Positions 1 to 13,100 of a DNA stretch of 64,000 nt are shown piece by piece. Below the pieces are notes generated by a model that was not told the origin of the DNA, did not search any database, and was given only the letters and a program-made list of their open reading frames with translations. The translations under genes were made by a program, and so were the position numbers. This DNA comes from Macrostomum lignano (lineage: Eukaryota), in contig NIVC01001288.1 of the NCBI GenBank assembly GCA_002269645.1, positions 5,340-69,339 of the forward strand, written 5' to 3'. Each line of letters begins with the position of its first letter. The stretch's first letter is position 1.

Positions 1-2790
1 CCTAACCCTAACCCTAACCCTAACCCTAACCCTAACCCTAACCCTAACCCTAACCCTAACCCTAACCCTAACCCTAACCCTAACCCTAACCCTAACCCTA
101 ACCCTAACCCTAACCCTAACCCTAACCCTAACCCTAACCCTAACCCTAACCCTAACCCTAACCCTAACCCTAACCCTAACCCTAACCCTAACCCTAACCC
201 TAACCCTAACCCTAACCCTAACCCTAACCCTAACCCTAACCCTAACCCTAACCCTAACCCTAACCCTAACCCTAACCCTAACCCTAACCCTAACCCTAAC
301 CCTAACCCTAACCCTAACCCTAACCCTAACCCTAACCCTAACCCTAACCCTAACCCTAACCCTAACCCTAACCCTAACCCTAACCCTAACCCTAACCCTA
401 ACCCTAACCCTAACCCTAACCCTAACCCTAACCCTAACCCTAACCCTAACCCTAACCCTAACCCTAACCCTAACCCTAACCCTAACCCTAACCCTAACCC
501 TAACCCTAACCCTAACCCTAACCCTAACCCTAACCCTAACCCTAACCCTAACCCTAACCCTAACCCTAACCCTAACCCTAACCCTAACCCTAACCCTAAC
601 CCTAACCCTAACCCTAACCCTAACCCTAACCCTAACCCTAACCCTAACCCTAACCCTAACCCTAACCCTAACCCTAACCCTAACCCTAACCCTAACCCTA
701 ACCCTAACCCTAACCCTAACCCTAACCCTAACCCTAACCCTAACCCTAACCCTAACCCTAACCCTAACCCTAACCCTAACCCTAACCCTAACCCTAACCC
801 TAACCCTAACCCTAACCCTAACCCTAACCCTAACCCTAACCCTAACCCTAACCCTAACCCTAACCCTAACCCTAACCCTAACCCTAACCCTAACCCTAAC
901 CCTAACCCTAACCCTAACCCTAACCCTAACCCTAACCCTAACCCTAACCCTAACCCTAACCCTAACCCTAACCCTAACCCTAACCCTAACCCTAACCCTA
1001 ACCCTAACCCTAACCCTAACCCTAACCCTAACCCTAACCCTAACCCTAACCCTAACCCTAACCCTAACCCTAACCCTAACCCTAACCCTAACCCTAACCC
1101 TAACCCTAACCCTAACCCTAACCCTAACCCTAACCCTAACCCTAACCCTAACCCTAACCCTAACCCTAACCCTAACCCTAACCCTAACCCTAACCCTAAC
1201 CCTAACCCTAACCCTAACCCTAACCCTAACCCTAACCCTAACCCTAACCCTAACCCTAACCCTAACCCTAACCCTAACCCTAACCCTAACCCTAACCCTA
1301 ACCCTAACCCTAACCCTAACCCTAACCCTAACCCTAACCCTAACCCTAACCCTAACCCTAACCCTAACCCTAACCCTAACCCTAACCCTAACCCTAACCC
1401 TAACCCTAACCCTAACCCTAACCCTAACCCTAACCCTAACCCTAACCCTAACCCTAACCCTAACCCTAACCCTAACCCTAACCCTAACCCTAACCCTAAC
1501 CCTAACCCTAACCCTAACCCTAACCCTAACCCTAACCCTAACCCTAACCCTAACCCTAACCCTAACCCTAACCCTAACCCTAACCCTAACCCTAACCCTA
1601 ACCCTAACCCTAACCCTAACCCTAACCCTAACCCTAACCCTAACCCTAACCCTAACCCTAACCCTAACCCTAACCCTAACCCTAACCCTAACCCTAACCC
1701 TAACCCTAACCCTAACCCTAACCCTAACCCTAACCCTAACCCTAACCCTAACCCTAACCCTAACCCTAACCCTAACCCTAACCCTAACCCTAACCCTAAC
1801 CCTAACCCTAACCCTAACCCTAACCCTAACCCTAACCCTAACCCTAACCCTAACCCTAACCCTAACCCTAACCCTAACCCTAACCCTAACCCTAACCCTA
1901 ACCCTAACCCTAACCCTAACCCTAACCCTAACCCTAACCCTAACCCTAACCCTAACCCTAACCCTAACCCTAACCCTAACCCTAACCCTAACCCTAACCC
2001 TAACCCTAACCCTAACCCTAACCCTAACCCTAACCCTAACCCTAACCCTAACCCTAACCCTAACCCTAACCCTAACCCTAACCCTAACCCTAACCCTAAC
2101 CCTAACCCTAACCCTAACCCTAACCCTAACCCTAACCCTAACCCTAACCCTAACCCTAACCCTAACCCTAACCCTAACCCTAACCCTAACCCTAACCCTA
2201 ACCCTAACCCTAACCCTAACCCTAACCCTAACCCTAACCCTAACCCTAACCCTAACCCTAACCCTAACCCTAACCCTAACCCTAACCCTAACCCTAACCC
2301 TAACCCTAACCCTAACCCTAACCCTAACCCTAACCCCTAAGTTATAAGCTACCCTAACCCTAACCCTAACCCTAACCCTAACCCTAACCCTAACCCTAAC
2401 CCTAACCCTAACCCTAACCCTAACCCTAACCCTAACCCTAACCCTAACCCTAACCCTAACCCTAACCCTAACCCTAACCCTAACCCTAACCCTAACCCTA
2501 ACCCTAACCCTAACCCTAACCCTAACCCTAACCCTAACCCTAACCCTAACCCTAACCCTAACCCTAACCCTAACCCTAACCCTAACCCTAACTCTAACCC
2601 TAACCCTAACCCTAACCCTAACCCTAACCCTAACCCTAACCCTAACCCTAACCCCTAACCCTAACCCTAACCCTAACCCTAACCCTAACCCTAACCCTAA
2701 CCCTAACCCTAACCCTAACCCTAACCCTAACCCTAACCCTAACCCTAACCCTAACCCTAACCCTAACCCTAACCCTAACCCTAACCCTAA
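1..2790 (+). repeat. Telomeric (CCCTAA)n array, left chromosome end
   Basis: Near-perfect CCCTAA hexamers from base 1 to 2790. Only a few variants: CCCCTAA at ~2334 and ~2652, CTCTAA at ~2592, and an 11-nt insert at 2341-2351. Confidence 0.99.
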
Positions 2791-3169
2791 CAGCCACAGT
2801 GCCTGTATTATAATAGTTTAGGCGGAGCAACGCGCCCCGCTCGGCCCTGACTGTAAACCTATGGCTCTCTAAACCATGCAATGTTCTGTAAACGTATAAT
2901 CTTGTTCTGTACTTATGCGATTGCTATAATGTCTGTAACTTACTGTAATATTCTTGTAGCATAACTTTCGGTAGCCTACCGTAGCCTTTTTTAATCCTGT
3001 CATTCTGTAATTCTGTCATTCGGTAGCCTGGAAATCCGTAAGTCTGTATTCTCTAAGGTCGTCAGTAACTCTGTAACTCTGTATACTGGAACATCCTACT
3101 GTAATTCTGCTACGCTGTAATTCTATACTCTGTAGTTATGTAGTGTTTCGCCGTCACCCCGCGTGTTGG

Positions 3170-3310
3170 TTTTATATTTGCGCGGCCCTCTCCTTTTCGG
3201 AAGGGAGGCGGGTGTGACGTTGTCAGTTGAGGTGGCCCCGACAAGGGCCGTTTTAGCGAAAGCATGCCATATAATGTCTGTTTTTAAGTTGGTTTTACGC
3301 CGGCCAATAG
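3170..3310 (-). promoter_or_regulatory. Candidate Pol II promoter facing the telomere
   Basis: TATAAAA on the minus strand at 3170-3176, with GGCGGG (3207-3212), TGACGT (3215-3220) and GGCCAATAG (CCAAT 3304-3308) upstream in a CpG-rich patch. Motif match only. Confidence 0.35.
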
Positions 3311-4173
3311 GAAAGCCGTGCATATTTTATGCTAAGTCCGGATTAAGCTTTGTTGTGCGCCCACCCCCAACCCGCTCGTTATAAGCCCTGTCTGGCTGGC
3401 GCGCCCGGGGTTAGGTTGTATCTTGTTTGGTTCTTGATTACCGACCGGCGCTCTCTCTCTCTCCCCGCCTCGGCCAAGTTCACCTCGCAAAATTCAAGCC
3501 ACGCCACTGCCCCGAGTGGGGCTCACGTCACACTTCCACCGCCGTCACTTCGCGCCACTTCTCCATAGCTCTACACCATTGCCATCATTCCTTCGCCACT
3601 TCATCGCCGTAGCCTATTAGCTATCCATCACCATTACCATTATTGTTGCCTGCCGCAGTGCCTAAAGTATCATAGTTCAGATTCAGCGCCAAATCAGGCC
3701 CAGTCCCACTCTTATATTTCCGACTGGGATCTATAGCGAGCGAGCCTATCTAACCATAATAAATAATCGATAACATAACAACTAAATCTGAATGCTACCG
3801 CTACACAGATCGCCTCCGTTATTCGTCTTCGTCATTTGACCGTGTCGTCTTTAATCGTCACACAATGATCTGGTCGGAGTCAGAATATTCTGAACCATGC
3901 CGCACAAGTTTATTTGTAATTGATATTTAAATTTCAACGATAATCTGACTCGAAATCTGACAGATATCAGTTAAAAGCGCAGATTAAGCCAGTTCATGGG
4001 GAAATAAAATATCAGCATATAAAAACTCAACGCTTTGCAATTTCAGTACAAAATTATTTCGAGCAGCAAAAAAATTAATCTGCGCTCTAGTTAAAAATAT
4101 GCAATAAATTTTCTCCGTCTTTGTTGCCTATACGAAAAAAACTCTTTTCGCCCTAACGTATTTTCTCCGGCTT

Positions 4174-7100
4174 TCAGTTGGCTCTCTCCAAGCCCAGCTT
4201 CGTCCTGTTAGCCAGGTTTCTCTGCCGCTGGCTTTCCAAGCGCAGAGATGACGGCACTTTTTCAGGCCGTGGGTGATGCGGGTAAGTGCTGAGCAGGGTC
4301 AGCTTCTCCAGCAAAGAACCGATTCGAGTCAGCGCCTCTGACAGGTAGAGATCCAGGGGTGATAGCTGAGGCTGAGGTGGGGCGGATTCCATGGACTGGT
4401 GTATCTGCAAGTTTTCAAAATGAATCAGACGAGTATATAGAGCGATCCAAATCTTTCTTTGCTTTCCATATGGTAATATATGTAAATATTCGAATCTTGT
4501 CGAGATTTTCTGCATAAGAGCTTAAGAGCTGTGCAAAGAATGAAATTTCAACCCGGCACTCAGAGTTTAATAATATTTAAGAAATGAATAGAGAAGCAAA
4601 AATCAACATTAAATTAATTTAACGACGCGTTTCGCACGATACTGTGCATCTTCAGGTATATTTTGAGCGAAAGAAACGAGTGAGATCGGAAGTAAATAAA
4701 TACGAAGTTTTGGGGTGTAAATTTAATCAATATTTGACGTACATGTTTGTTGGTCCATAAGTCGAGAGGCAAAGTCCAGGGACGGATTGATAGCGATGTA
4801 GTTAAAATTGCAAAATGTACAACCAGTGCCCCCTCCCTTAGAACACACGGAGAACATGGCCCGCGCCACTGTGTTGGATTTGAGTGTTGAGGTTGGGGGA
4901 ATGCGCTTTAATGTACAGCGCTTCAAGTATCTGCAGTTTGGAGTCAAATCAGCATTGATCAATGACTTTGAAGCGCTCTTCGGGTTTGCAGTTAGAGCAA
5001 CTATTACACTCTAAGAGATGGTTTTGGATAGCCGACGGCGATAATAGTAGTCACCTTTTAGCAGTTTGGGAGTGGTGCTAATCTGGGGAGCGGTGCTAAT
5101 CTAAGGGAGCGGGGCTAATATAAAGAAGTGGGGGGGCTAATCTGGGGGATTGGGGCTAATCTGGAGGAAGTAGCGGTGCGAATTTTTGCGGAGTGGTGCG
5201 AATCTGGAGAAGTAGTGCTAATCTGGGAAGGTGAAACTATCTGGGAAGCGGCGGTAATCTGTGGAGCGGTGCTAATCTAGGCTGAGTGCTAATCTAGGCT
5301 GAGTGCTAATCTAGGCTGAGTGCTAATCTAGGCTGAGTACTTATCTGGACTGAGTGCTAATCTAGGCTGAGTGCTAATCTGGGCTGAGTGCTAATCTAGG
5401 CTGATTGCTAATCTGGGCTGAGTGCTAATCTAGGCTGAGTGCTAATCTGGGCTGAGTGCTAATCTGGGCTGAGTGCTAATCTGGACTGAGTGCTAATCTG
5501 GGCTGAGTGCTAATCTAGGCTGAGTGCTAATCTAGGCTGAGTGCTAATCTGGGCTGAGTGCTAATCTAGCCTGAGTGCTAATCTGGGCTGAGTGCTAATC
5601 TGGGCTGAGTGCTAATCTGGGCGTAGTGCTAATCTGGGGGAAGTGGGGCTAATCTGGGGGTGTAGGGCTAATGTGGGAGAATAGTGCTAATCTGGTGAGG
5701 ATTTGAAAATAACGAATAATCATAAAAGAACTATAAATGAATTGACATTGCAAAGTTTCAAACATTAAGAAATGTAAATTTTTAGAACTTTTTAGCCTCA
5801 GTAAAATTGGTGTACAACTGCTTAGAGATTTGCTACTGCAGAACTGCTCGGAGATTAGTGAGATTTGCTCAGCGACTGTGCAAAACTGCTTATAGACAAG
5901 CGCTAAACTGCTAAGAAGCCACCCGGAGGGGGGGCTAAATGGCTAGTCCATATACTAAAAATGGTCTGTCGGTATCTAAGTAGGTAGGTATGCGATCGAT
6001 TTCAGAAAAAAACGGCTCAACCGATTTTGTTCGAACTTGCACTGTTCGATCAGAAATTTTCCCGTGACAGAACATGCATGGTGGCTAAGAAATTACTCGA
6101 TGCTAAAGAGATTAAATATTCGAAAAACATGCTTTTTTGCAAAGGTCAAGCAGCTCTTTCGACTTGAAATGCATTGTAAGAATGCTAGAGAAAAAACTGA
6201 CTGGTTGAGTTCTAATTCTGAAATAGATTTCATCATCACAATAGGCTTTTATTTATCGTCTGTGTACTGGCTGAATTTTGACACAGAATTGAATTACGTC
6301 ACAGTATTGAAAACGCAGTGTGGAAGCATAACACAATACTTGATTTGTATTGCGTAACCATATGGCTAAATTTAATAGAGTGGTACTGACTTGCCTAAGA
6401 AATTGATTATGTCATAACTGCTTCGTGTGACTTTTACTCAATTGACTTGGTGTGAGTGTTGAATTATATAAGTGCTACAAATTCATTTAAATTTCAATGA
6501 GAGCTAGCCTAGATGTGAACACACTGGACTGCTAATACAGCGACCTGGGTTCGAATCTTAGTAGTGTATAAAAAAATAAAAGTAGCATAATTTTTTTCAT
6601 TGAAAGCTTTTATTAAAGGACTAATTAAAAAGACCTGGATTATGGCGCTAGATAAACCAAGGATTATTGCACTTGATAAGCCAAGAATTATTGCACTTGA
6701 TAAGCCAAGGAATATTGCACTTGATAAACTAAGGATTACTGCGCTTGATAAACCAAGGATTATTGCACTTGATAAGCCAATGATTTTTGCACTTGATAAA
6801 CCAAGGCTTACTGCACTTGATAAGCCAAGGATTATTGCACTTGATAAGCCAAGGATTATTGCACTTGATAAGCCAAGGATTATTGCACTTGATAAACCAA
6901 AGATTACTGCGCTTGATAAACCAAGGTTTATTGCACTTGATAAACCAAGGATTATTGCACTTGATAAGCCAAGGATTATTGCACTTGATAAACCAAGGAT
7001 TACTGCACTTGATAAACCAAGGATTACTGCACTTGATAAACCAAGGATTATTGCACTTGATAAACCAAGGATTACTGCACTTGATAAACCAACGATTATT

Positions 7101-10100
7101 GCACTTGATAAACCAAGGATTACTGCACTTGATAAACCAAGGGGAAGCTATATGATGTTGTCTGTTGTTTAATTTTAGAGAAAAAGTGATTCTTTCACTT
7201 TGCAAACATCTTTGTCCCTGACAATTTTACACGAAAAAGGTGATTTTTAAAAGTGAAGAAGGAATTGGTGTTTAAGAAAGTGTGCTTTTTTATTTTTTTC
7301 CATGAACTTTTTTTGCTCCTTTCTTATTGGGCGCCCCGAAGGGGGGCCGCACTAGATTGCTAGTTTTAACTACATCGCTATCAATCCGTCCCTGGACTTT
7401 GCCTCTCGACTTATGGACCAACAAACATGCACGTCAAATATTGATTAAATTTACACCCCAAAACTTCGTATTTATTTACTTCCGATCTCACTCGTTTCTT
7501 TCGCTCAAAATATACCTGAAGATGCACAGTATCGTGCGAAACGCGTCGTTAAATTAATTTAATGTTGATTTTCGCTTTTCTATTCCATCTTACTTGCCAA
7601 GCGAGCAACTTTACCTAAGTATTCAAGAAATCTTAAAGCAGCGAAAAAGCGTACTGCCGAATTACCTCTGTCCCATTTGCAATTATTTACTGGTTTTGAG
7701 TTATATGCAGTTAATGTACGAGTATAAGAGACAACATAGCTCGTATGCACAAAATAAAAAGATACGACTCAGAAATGACTCAAATGCAAATAATGAACCG
7801 CACCTTAATTCGAGCCCCAACGTTAATCTTGCAGCTGCGGCTGGCTGTGACGAATGATAAATAAATACTATCCCTAGCAGCCAGTCGCAGGCCCACTGTC
7901 TTGTTCAGGGCCAGCGAGATCGGCTGGAAAGGCGGAGCGTGGATGTGTGGAGCTTGTGCTGCAGGCTGGCCCGTTGAATGCCAGTGCCAGTGCCGCTTCT
8001 TGCTCCCCTGTTGGTCCAAGTCAAGCCCGTTGAACCGATCATAGTTTATCCTAAAACGTGGGATTTTGTTAATTAACCTTATGAGCAGCTGCTTCTCAGC
8101 TTTTTTTCGTGCAATGTAAATGTCCTTTAAATGTAAGATTTTCTGACGAGGATTGTAGCCAGAAACTTTGTACGATGGATTTAATCTGCATAAAAATGCA
8201 GGTCTTAGAATAATGTGGTTATGACCCAACTATTGGGTTATTCAAGGGGTCTTGCTGTTCGCGCCCTGCTCTAACTGTGACTTTACATGCGGGGTCGCGT
8301 ATTTTGTTGTTGTTGTCGTTGTTGCTGTTAGTGTGTTGTTTGTATGTGTGTGTGTGTGTGTGTGTGTTCTGAAAGTTTTGTTGTTGTGGATCCTTGAATT
8401 AAATCACAATGCTGCTGTAGTCCGCACCGAATTCCTCCGTCCCTGAAGTAGGCGGTGCCTCGGCCAATGTTGTCAAACACGCCCAGCAGACGGGCTCGGT
8501 CTGGCGGCTTGTCGTCCAGCACGATGTGCAGCAGGTTGTTCGGGCGGTCCGCGGGACGAGAAATTAGGATAGCGAGTCGGCCAGATGGGTAGAATACATT
8601 CCCTGTACGATCTGCAAACATGGTCACAAACTTCTTCCCGTTGGGGTAGAACTTCTCCAGGAGATCTGTCGGTGTGCCCTGCGTTGGCGAGTTGGAGTGT
8701 GTATAAAGTGAAGATATGGTTTTTGATAGTGCTGGACGTGCAGACATGGAACTACGTACATGTAATATTGTTGAAGCCGCAAGAGCTTCTGCTTGGCCCA
8801 GTTAAGTTTTGCAAGCTTGGTCTAAGTATATCATGGCTAAAGGAATAGAAAGGATCGCTCATCTGAAAGCGAGTCTTTGGCCAAGTCTTCGTAAAAATTG
8901 GGGTATTCCCCCCATGAATTTCATTGGCTGCTGGAATTTAATAATAGTCCCCCTAAGAAGCTTGTACGCAAAGGAAATTCCAAAGTCACGATTAACGTAA
9001 TTTAACTGTTTTCTTTCTCTGGACCACCACGGCTTAAGGGACAAAAATTAGCATTCACAACGCGCAAGATTGGAGTAGGCTTGCAACGTCGAGTTGCCTC
9101 TGTGTACTGTTTCATTTACATGTTTGTTGCATGTCATATTTGCATGAACGTACCATTCTCATAAAATATACAAAAATACACTATACTAATTAGGATTAAA
9201 ACTCGAAGCTTGGTTTCATTGACAGCAATCAAACCCATGCTGTTGAATATGTTTGGAGTACTGCAGCCAGCACATGACTCACTCTAGGAGTGATTCCCAG
9301 TCCAGCCGCCAGGTCTGTGATCTCGTCCATGTCAAAGTCGTAGATCTGCCATTCGCTGACGCCATCTCCTAGTGGGCTGGGGGCCCGTAGCGTCCAGCCT
9401 TCTTCCAGACATCGCATTGAGGACAGTGAATAGTTTATAGTGCGCATCTGGCGGCCCACTAAAATTAAAATTTTAATTTTCATACTTTTCATACTTACAT
9501 TTTTTGAGAGCTTCATTCGACTAGTGTACGTAGTGCATTCATTCAGATCTTCATGTGCTGTCAGGGAGAAAAAACTTTATAAGTTTGTCCTGGCAATGGT
9601 CAGATAATGATACATGCAAAAAATTTGTTATATTAAATCAGGTGTCATTTGAGGATGGAGAATTCATTGATTGAGTCAACAATACATGTTCTATCTAGAT
9701 AGAAATTTTCGCTTCTCATTAGACGGCTTAAAATGGCTTTCCGAACAAGGCCTTCTCGAAAAGCAGTTCAAATTAGTTCTTGAAAACTTACAGAGTTGAA
9801 AAGTTTCTATCAATATTTAGGCTCAAGCAGCGTTAGGGTGTTTGTTAAGAAACATAACTACAAAGGAGAGGAAATCGGGAGCTGCGAAGATACCAGGGTA
9901 CCAGCATATACGGACAGGGGACAAATTTAAGTTCACATTTTTCGCACAGCGAACTCGCAGTCAGAACCAACTTGAAGTATATACTTCAAGGACTTAGCAA
10001 CATTGAAAAGTCGCCACTCAATGCGCCAGTGAGCAATTTCTCCTGGGCTATTCTGAAATAAAAGGTACAAGAAAACTGAGGGGTAGCTTTAATCCGTCCA

Positions 10101-13100
10101 ACCCTCGCACACCGCTCTCCCCACTTCATTCCGCAACTCAAGCTGCCGTGGCGTAGCTGAGTTGCGTCACTCTCAAAAATTGAGAGACTTTACCTGCACT
10201 CTCAAAAGTTGCGACCACAGACGGAATTTTCTGTGATGGCGACTTTTCGATGTTGTTGAGTGTCACTATTGATATGGCGGAAAAATCTGTGGCCTCTTAG
10301 CACTGGTGGAAACTTAAGTTTGTCCCTTAAATTCGTAGTCCGTACAAAAATGACGCTAATAATTTCCGTACGCCAAATTAAAAGTATGGCTTTTCAAAAT
10401 TGTATGAGCATCACTTGGGAAAGATCGAAGCAAAGGAGTAAAATTGGTGCAAAATTATAGGTCCCAGCGCAGAAATGTGCGATAATATATAGTAAAATCC
10501 GCGCCTTAGAGCAGACTAGCAGCAGGCAGATTCTCACTATTAAGAACTCACCCACTGCCTCTGTGTCAGCAAAAGCTTCAGGTTCTTCTACAATTTAGTT
10601 GGCCATGGTGGCGAGAGAATGGAAATAATAAACAGTGGGTAAAGCGGAGCGACGAACTGCAGTCAATCTGAAATAGAATGCCTATACACTGCTCCAGTTT
10701 TAAATGCACCAGCAATCTCAAAGTTACACTGCAGAAGTTAGGTTATATACATGTATTTTCAAGAAGACGCGCTGGTTAAAATAAATTGAATCAAACACAA
10801 TGATTTTGCACAAGCAATCGAGCCATTGATTGATCAAGCAGGGCAATCAAGCGATAGAAGCACCTTAAGCGGAGTTTTAATATACAAAAAAGTAGTGTTG
10901 TTTACAGTGTACGAGCTATTAGCCTAGGTAGACCACTCTCTACTTCACTCTGCCATCCCGTTACCCCTACGAGGGGCACTACGTACGAGACTTTGTTAGC
11001 GCGATCATTCTTGTTTAGAGCACAAAAATTCAACACAACTATTACGAGCAGAACCAGAGAAGAGAGAATCAGTTAAGGAAATTGCAACAAAGGAAGATTT
11101 CTTACTATCGGCTTCAACAGAGACTTGCTCTCGCTTCCTGGCTGTTAGTTAAAGGTTACGAGTAAAAATGCACGGTAAAAATTTGCATAAACTGTTGTCA
11201 GGGTTAATAAGCTATTAAGCTAAAGTTGGGGAATAAACTATGCTACATATATTTTAATGTAATATTTACATTAGCTATATGTGAAAATATCATTTGAATA
11301 TACAAGCTACAAGCAAGACAAAAGCAATGAAGACACCACATGATTCTTAGAATTTAATACTCCACGCTTTAATCAACGACTACTAAAAGTAACGGTGCTA
11401 TACAACAGTAAAAAAGTACATCAGTAACTTCTATTTATCCTTGAAACCTTGACTTCAATGCTCCAGGATAAATCCAGCTCAATAGGGAGTAAATACACTA
11501 AATTTACGAAGTTAACTAGCTGCAGCTTTTGCAACTTATACAGCAGATTTAGATACCAAGCTACACAATAAAACTTTGGTGCTGGTTATCAAATGCGTTT
11601 ACAGTGCGCTAAAATAGTAGATTCATGCATGTAAATAGAAGCGCACAACATCAAAGCAAGCAAGCATACGAGCTAAAAGTACCAGGAGTCCGGTTTAAAT
11701 GAGGTGAGAATAAAGCCTAGACAACTTCTTTTGGTTCAATTAGATACTCACGATTGCTGATGACGGCAGCGGAAAGAGCGTCGAGGTTCTGGCGCATCTT
11801 TGCTGATGAGAACTCGCCTTTCCAAAGCGAAGAGAAAAAATAAATTCAGACTGTGCGAACAGCGAATTTGTACCTGAGACTTTCTTTTCACCTTACCGAA
11901 ATGTTTAATATATAACGCTTGTCTTGTGCATCAGCTGATACTGATGAAGCATTCATAAACGGATTTAAATCCCGAGTGCGAGTGGACTTCTGTATTCAAA
12001 TTTTTGCAAGTCATTTCAACAGAATATTTTATTTCATAATATCTAAAAATGAACAGCACTACTGATAAATTAGGCCTACAGCTAGATTTCGCCTCAAAAG
12101 ATCCGAAACAAATGAAGTCGAGCTATTTCGGCTACTAAAATAAATTGAGGAACTAAAAGTATTTAATTATTTAATTTAATTTAATTCTCTGCAAACATGT
12201 CCGAAATTCTCACCTTGAGCCGTTGCCTGGGCGGCCTCCGCAGCTCTGCGCTGCCTCTCCTGCTGCAACAGTTTGCGCCTGAAATAAGATTATACTGCTG
12301 CCTTACATTTACGCTCGTATGTGCCTTCTGCAGAACTGAATGCAGAACTGAACTGTCGACGATTCTAACCAATTTCAGAAGTGATACGCTCGTAAATCTT
12401 TTCTGTTTTGCAAGTCCGTTTTATAAAGGGAACCGTTTCCGTAAGTATGCTGCATACAATACAAGCTATGCAATCGAAGAAGCACACTTAAATAACAGCA
12501 CCGTCTTTCGTTATCGTGTTCCATTCAAGACGCTTGGTTTAATTCTTCTTTGCATTTTGCTAATTTCAATTTCAGTGGCTGAAAATCTGAGTTCCATCTG
12601 ACAGTTTCTACCAGAAACGCCTTGCGTTACATATCTAGAGCCAATTGAGGGTCTAAAATAAGTTTAAAAGGCTCTGTCGATTGTCCAAACCTTTTCTCCG
12701 CTTCCTCCCTCATACGCTCCCTCTCCTGCGCAGATTTTTTTCCTCGAGACCCGAAATGCGGGTGCGGCGCCACATCGATGAGCCCTGACTCTGTCTGCTG
12801 CTGCTGATGCAGAAGCCGAGTCTGCGGGCAGGAAGAGCGATGTGCTCATTGGAAACCAACTGCCATTTACTGGCTTAAATTTACTCTTAACTTTACAGAT
12901 ATCAGGCAGACAGACAGCAGACAGGTTAGACAGACACGATAGTTACAAAGCAGCACCTGGTACTGCAGAGCGAACTCCAGCAGCTTGCGAAACTCGGCAC
13001 AACAATAGAGCTGCTCAGGGCTGCGGCTGGCCTGGTCCTCGCGGCTGGGCAGCGCCTGGATGGGCCGGCCGCAGAAGTCGCAGCTGTCGCCTTCCCTCAT

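Noticed and set aside
2648-2881. Poly-VR ORF
   Set aside because: Translation of telomeric repeats; no evidence of expression from the sequence alone.
3405-3420. Minus-strand CCUAACCC as a possible telomerase RNA template
   Set aside because: An 8-nt match near a telomere is expected by chance or decay. No pseudoknot or H/ACA box could be identified.
2883-3780. Possible solo LTR (TG...CA with AATAAA)
   Set aside because: No target-site duplication, PBS or polypurine tract found.
4808-5014. Plus-strand 68-aa ORF as a gene
   Set aside because: It is the antisense of the Penelope endonuclease remnant.
6515-6575. tRNA-like B box GGTTCGAATC
   Set aside because: No cloverleaf can be folded; probably a SINE relic inside the Helitron.
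6600-7205. ORFs with ALDKPRII, CNNPWFIK or LHLINQGL repeats
   Set aside because: Open frames created by a 24-bp minisatellite inside a Helitron-like element.
11757-11785. CTGATGA...GAAA hammerhead-like string
   Set aside because: Stems II and III do not form properly, and it is the antisense of an ERICH6 coding exon.
11899-11989. Possible extra ERICH6 exon (TACAG...TCG|GTAAGG)
   Set aside because: Open only in phase 0, which is incompatible with the flanking phase-1 junctions.
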